Source: Piromyces finnis finn (lineage: Eukaryota > Fungi > Neocallimastigomycota). From it: a stretch of 64,000 bases of DNA. Of this stretch, positions 53,024 through 64,000 are shown in pieces. A model generated the notes under the pieces. The model ran no database searches and was not told the origin of the DNA. It saw only the letters and a list, made by a program, of their open reading frames with translations. The translations under genes were made by a program, and so were the position numbers. Positions within the stretch are counted from its first letter, which is position 1; every line of letters starts with the position of its first letter. The stretch covers positions 62,001 through 126,000 of the forward strand of contig MCFH01000039.1 in NCBI GenBank assembly GCA_002104945.1. The letters are read 5' to 3'.

Positions 53024-54205
53024 AAGATTATATCACACACCAATATCAAATTTATTGGAGTTTTAATACTTTTATATAGATAATTTCTCACATGCTAATA
53101 AAATTTAAAATAATTTTGATATCTCAAAGAAATTTAACTTGGATCATGAAGATGGTATCCAAGTCAGTAATGATCCATTAACTATTTGGGTACGGTTAGA
53201 TAACAGTAATGAAATCATTAATTTCAAAAACGCTTATATTTGGGGTTCAGAAATTCAAGAAACAACCACCACTACAAATGCTGAATCTATTGTCATTATT
53301 GAATTAGCAATGACTATTACTACTACTACTACACCTTATTGAATATACTACTATTGAATTATCAACAATTTCTACTACTACCATTAATCTATTGAACCGA
53401 ACTACTGCCACCACTACTTCTTCTACAATTATTACATCAACAACTACCATTATTATAAATAAAAAGTTTACTACTACTAAAAAGAGTACTACCACAACAA
53501 AGAAAACAAGTAAATAATTATTACTAAAAATACTACAACCAAAACAAAGACTATCACATCTACTAAAAATACTACAACCAAAACAAAGACTATCACATCT
53601 ACTAAAAATACTACAACCAAAACAAAGACTATCACATCTACTAAAAATACTACAACCAAAACAAAGACTATCACATCTACTAAAAATACTACAACCAAAA
53701 CAAAGACTATCACATCTACTAAAAATACTACAACCAAAACAAAGACTATCACATCTACTAAAAATACTACAACCAAAACAAAGACTATCACATCTACTAA
53801 AAATACTACAACCAAAACAAAGACTATCACATCTACTAAAAAAACTAAGACTTTTACAACAGAAACTACTACATATAAAAGGAAAACGACAATGAAAACT
53901 ACAAAAAAAAAATCAACAACAACATCTACTAAGAAAACCAACACATCAACTAAGAAAACCACTACATCAACCAAGAAAACCACCTCAGCAACTAAAACTC
54001 GTGTTGCTGAAAATGAAGCTGTAAATGTATGTAATATTTAAATATTATATGTATATTAATATTATTACATATTACATTATCTATAAGTATGAATAAACTA
54101 ACTTTTTTTTTATTAATATTTCATATTACAATGGATTACAATATGTTATAATAGGATTTCATTAATGATATTTTAAGTGTTATTAAAAATATATTGAAAA
54201 TCTAA
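53024..54205 (+). pseudogene. Internally deleted CE18 relic (module 3)
   Basis: Collinear fragments matching ~42645-42670, ~43392-43410 and ~44097 onward of the intact gene, then frameshifted Thr-rich tail and a near-identical 3' end and 3' flank. Confidence 0.8.
53532..53843 (+). repeat. 39-bp tandem repeat x8 (would encode TTTKTKTITSTKN)
   Basis: Units start 53532, 53571, 53610, 53649, 53688, 53727, 53766, 53805; identical except the last base. Confidence 0.95.
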
Positions 54206-54774
54206 TTTTAAACGATCAGTACATTGAAAAAAAAATTATTCCTATTATTTATAGGATATATGATTTTATTATAATTTAAAAAGAATTCTTTACTATTTGA
54301 ATATTTTTAAGCTCTCTAATTATTTATATATAATTTATAATGTAATTGTAAAAAAAGAACATTCAATGTTAAGATACTTTGCTTTTTTTTTTTTTTTAGT
54401 TTTTTTGAGTATTTTTAGTTTTAAACATTTTATTTATATTAAAAATTTATATATTATTGATATAATAATGAATTTATTATTATATATTATTATAATATAT
54501 TAATATTGATTTTAAATAAAATTTTAATTTAATATATTAATTTTATTTCTTTTTTTAATATAAAGTTTTCTTTTTTTTTAAAAAAAAAAAACCTTACTTT
54601 TTTGATAATGATAACAAAATGTTATATAAAAAAGATAATTAAATTTATCAAATTGTACATTTAAATTTAACAATAATATAATAATTATAATATTTTTAAT
54701 AATATAACATAATTTATTAAGAAATTCAATTCATATAAAACTTCTTGTTTAATTATTAACAAACAATAACATAA

Positions 54775-56630
54775 ATGATGAGAGAACAAGAATATACATT
54801 AATTGGTAATCCAACATTTCACCAAAAAAGAATAGCAAGAAAAAAAGTACTCTTAAAAAAATATACTGGTATAATATGTTATACAACAATAGTTATTTTC
54901 CTTACTTATTATATAACAAGTAATCAATCGTCATCAGATAATGACAATGCCGAAGTTGATACAAATAGAACTTATATTCATATTCCAGAAGATTCAAAAT
55001 TATTTGAACTAACCGATTTCTATCCAGTTAACGGTAATAATACTAAAGGACCTATAACAATTAATAGAAAAAAAGATAATGGCAAGAAAGTAAATTTATA
55101 TGAAAAAATGGTTAATGTCACTGATAATGAGTTAGAAAACTTTTATTATGATTACGAAACTTTTGATTCTCTTGAAGATAAATTAGCAATGAAAGATGAA
55201 TATTTTTGTGAATCACAAGGTTATGAAAATGAATATGAAATTAAATGTCCACTTTATTATCATATTGTCATTGATAAATCTTTTTATGGTCGTTATGCAA
55301 GAGATTTAAAACATTGTACCGAAGGTAATGACGGAGAAAAAATACCAAAATCTAATTTATTAAGAATAAAGAATATGGTTACTAAATGTGGTAGTGATTA
55401 CACCTCATATTTTAAGGAATCTTGTGACGGACATGAAAACTGCAGAATTTTTCCAAGTTTATCAGAATTCAGAGATAGTTGTACCGATATTTATAAATAT
55501 GTTCATATCAAATATCACTGTGAAAAAGATGAGGTAAAGGAGAAAAAATTACAAGTATAATAAATTAAATCATTTTGTTTTTTTCAATTAAATTTAATAA
55601 ATCTATGTATACTTTTTTTTTTTTTCCTAATTAAATATATATATATATAACAGGAAATCAAAAAGCCAAAATTTGCCATAGCTATGTTTGCAAATAAAAT
55701 TGAATCAAATTCTATTTATGAAAATGCCATTAGTGAATTTTATCAATATACTGATATTCATAATTATAAATTTTTCTTAAATCGAGTAAAATATGATAAT
55801 GAAAGAAGTACATTTTATATGAAAATTAATACATTAATAGAGGTTGTTATCCAAGGTTTAAAAACAAAAGCATGTGATTGGGTGCTGTAAGTTGACTCTA
55901 TTTTAATTACTTATTACTAATGTGTGAATGAATTTCTATTTTCATTTACATAGATATAAATAAAAAAATTGTTTTTTTTTTTTTTTTTTTTTTAATAATA
56001 GATACTAAAATGTAATATGTTTATTATATTTATATTTATTCATATTTAACAAATAGTTGGGTTGATGGTGATGTTGTTTTAACTAATCCAAATATAAAAT
56101 TAGAAGCTTTTGTACCCACAGATAATGATATTCATATGCTTTTTGGTGTTGATAAAAATGGATTTAACGCTGGTGTCATTTTAATGAGAGTTCATTCATG
56201 GACTCTTAATATTTTAATGAGAGCAAAATCATATCAATATTATAATAAAGATCGAGATTTATATTATGTAGATCAGTCTGCATTAAATAATGTTTTAGTT
56301 ACAGATCATGAAGAACGTCACTATATGATAATACCAAAAAATTGGTTTAATAAGTATAATTTTAATGAAGTACAATTAGTACAAAGGGATTTGTTTAATA
56401 AGAATAAGGTATCATTAGAACCAAGCGACTTCATTTATCATTTTGCTGGTCTTGGTGATATAAAAGATAAGAAAGCAAATCAACTACGTAATAAAGTATA
56501 TAATATATTATATAATGATCCAAATTGGTCTAAAGAATTTACAAATAAAAAACTAAGAGAGGAAGTTTTAGAATATTATGAAAATAATAAAGATGTAAAT
56601 AATAGACAAAGATTAAAATTACAAAATTAA
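54775..56630 (+). CDS. SUEL-lectin/GT34 glycosyltransferase, copy 3 (diverged), 3 exons, 521 aa
   Basis: Exons 54775-55533, 55654-55886, 56057-56630 in phase; WVDGDV DxD, GFNAGVILMR, DQSALNN, FIYHFAG; all lectin cysteines kept. Confidence 0.85.
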
Positions 56631-58533
56631 AATTGATATTTCTCTATGTAATAAAAGGTACTTTAGTAATTTTTTTTTTTTTTTTTTTTTTTTTTTTGCA
56701 TAAAAAAATTACTAAAGTGCAAATAAAATATTTAAAATAGCATAAATTTTAAATAGCTTATTAACAAAAATTTTTTGTATAGAAATTATAGTAAAAGAAA
56801 ATATATTTAATTTAGATTATAGAAAATGTAGTTTTTTTTAAGTAATAATAATAATAATAATAACAACAAAAATAATAAATATTCTCAAAGTGAATAATAT
56901 TGCAAAATAAAAGTAAAATATACCCTTTTTTTTTTAATATAAATTTAAATTATTTTGATTTTAATTAAAGAAAACTTTAAAAATTTTTTTTTTTTTTTTT
57001 GTTTTATTTTTATTTATTCCACATCTTTTTTAATATTAATGGGTAGTGAAATGCATTATTAGAGGTTTATTACTATTTAATAAAAACTTATTTTATGAAT
57101 TTATTATTATTAATGTTAAAAAGTTTATTAATTCTACTTTACTAATAACTAATAAAAAATTGGTCTATTTTAAATTTCTGATTTTTGCCTTTTGATAAAT
57201 TTTGAAATTAAAGTACAACTTGGTGTGAGAGTAAGATAACTAATGATGCCGTTGTTATCATTAGTTATTTTTACCACTTTAGGAATAATTAATTGATAAA
57301 GTAATAATACAATTATGACAAAAATATTATTTTATCTTTTTTTTTTTTTAATATAATATATAAAACATACAATTTCTGTTCATTTCCATTTTTGTTTTTG
57401 TTTTTGAATTCCTTTATTCATCATTTTTTTTAAACATACTAATTCATAAAAGCATTACAGTATTTTGTTGTTGTTAAAAAAAAAAAGACTTGCAACACAA
57501 AGTAAATGTTATTTTATATTGAATAGAAAAGTTAAAAAAAAAAAAAAGAATTATTAAATTACTATTATCTATTAAATATAATAGTATATTAAAAAAAAAT
57601 AATAATAATAATTAAAATTAGGATTAAAAAATAAAGTTTATAAAAAAAAAAATACCATTTTGAAACAGTATATAACAAAGATGGAATAATTAAAAAGTTA
57701 TATTCATATATAGATAGTATTATTTTAACACTATTATTGTTAATGTTAAAAATAATATTTCATTTTATTTCTTTTAAAAATACAAATAATCAAAATGATT
57801 CTTTGCCATTATAGTTTTCTATTGAAAAACCATATCTTTGTGGTAAAAATAACTAATGATACCAACAACATCATCATTTATATATATATTTTGATATGAA
57901 GAGTTTGAAATTAAAAGATTTCAAATAATATATTTTTTTGAAAGGTTTACTCTTCATACAACAATGTTATATATTCAATTAATCTATGAGAAAGAGTTAT
58001 TTATAATAAATATATTTAATGTAATGTTTTTTTTTTAAAAAAAGAAAAAAAACTATTTAATGAAAACTAAATTTCTTTATACAAAAAGAATAGAAAGAAA
58101 GAAAGAAAGACAATTTTTTAAAGATTAAAAAATATAGCTTAAATAAACTAAGATAAAAAAAAAACTATAATATTGATGAGATACTACCTAATATTTTTTT
58201 TTTCTTTTTGTTCTTTATAGCGTAACTTTATAAGATTATATTAAATTATTAGAGTTATTTTTTTAACATTATTATATGTATTTTTTATTTACTTAATTAT
58301 ATTACCAGAAATTTTTAAAAATTTTAAACATTTAAAAAGTATCTTCAATTATTATTCTTTTTAAAATAAAAAAAAAAATAAAAAAAAAAAAAAACATTTT
58401 ATTTTTTATTTTATTTTTGAAAACTATCCTTATTTTTAAAAAAAAATAAATAATTATTAACTAATTCACTTTTTTATAAACTTATGATTAAGCAAATTAA
58501 GTAAAATATTTATATATAAAAAATCAATAAAAA

Positions 58534-63903
<5,370 letters not shown>

Positions 63904-64000
63904 GTAACTATAGTTTTTTTTTATTATTTTAATATTTATAATAAGAATTTATAATTAATATTTACACATTATAAATTTAAATAAAAAAATGTAACTAAAA

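Overview
Extremely AT-rich, intron-rich eukaryotic DNA with long microsatellite-laden intergenic tracts. Composition, flagellar/centriolar genes (AK8, LRRC45) and an intronless bacterial-type dehydrogenase point to an anaerobic gut fungus (Neocallimastigomycota); this is inference, not a database result. Manual splicing gives, in order: a 5'-truncated low-complexity RD-repeat protein; AK8-like adenylate kinase (-); RRM+Pumilio Puf2/Jsn1-like protein (-); class I sirtuin (+); one 1860-aa ankyrin protein (+); bacterial-type D-2-hydroxyacid dehydrogenase (+); TEX264/GyrI-like membrane protein (-); LRRC45-like protein (-); phosphopantothenate-cysteine ligase (+); three tandem modules of an Agd3-like CE18 deacetylase gene followed by a SUEL-lectin/GT34 glycosyltransferase gene; and a 23+-exon TmcB-like membrane protein running off the right edge. 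Highlights: (1) the PPCS gene can only be completed through an AT-AC intron with a perfect U12 5' splice site (ATATCCTTT), implying a minor spliceosome; (2) in the CE18 + lectin-GT34 array only the first deacetylase is intact while all three transferases stay intact, mosaic and diverging, a candidate surface-glycan building/modifying system; (3) a sirtuin with a possible hydrogenosomal presequence; (4) a microexon-rich gene with a GC-AG intron.
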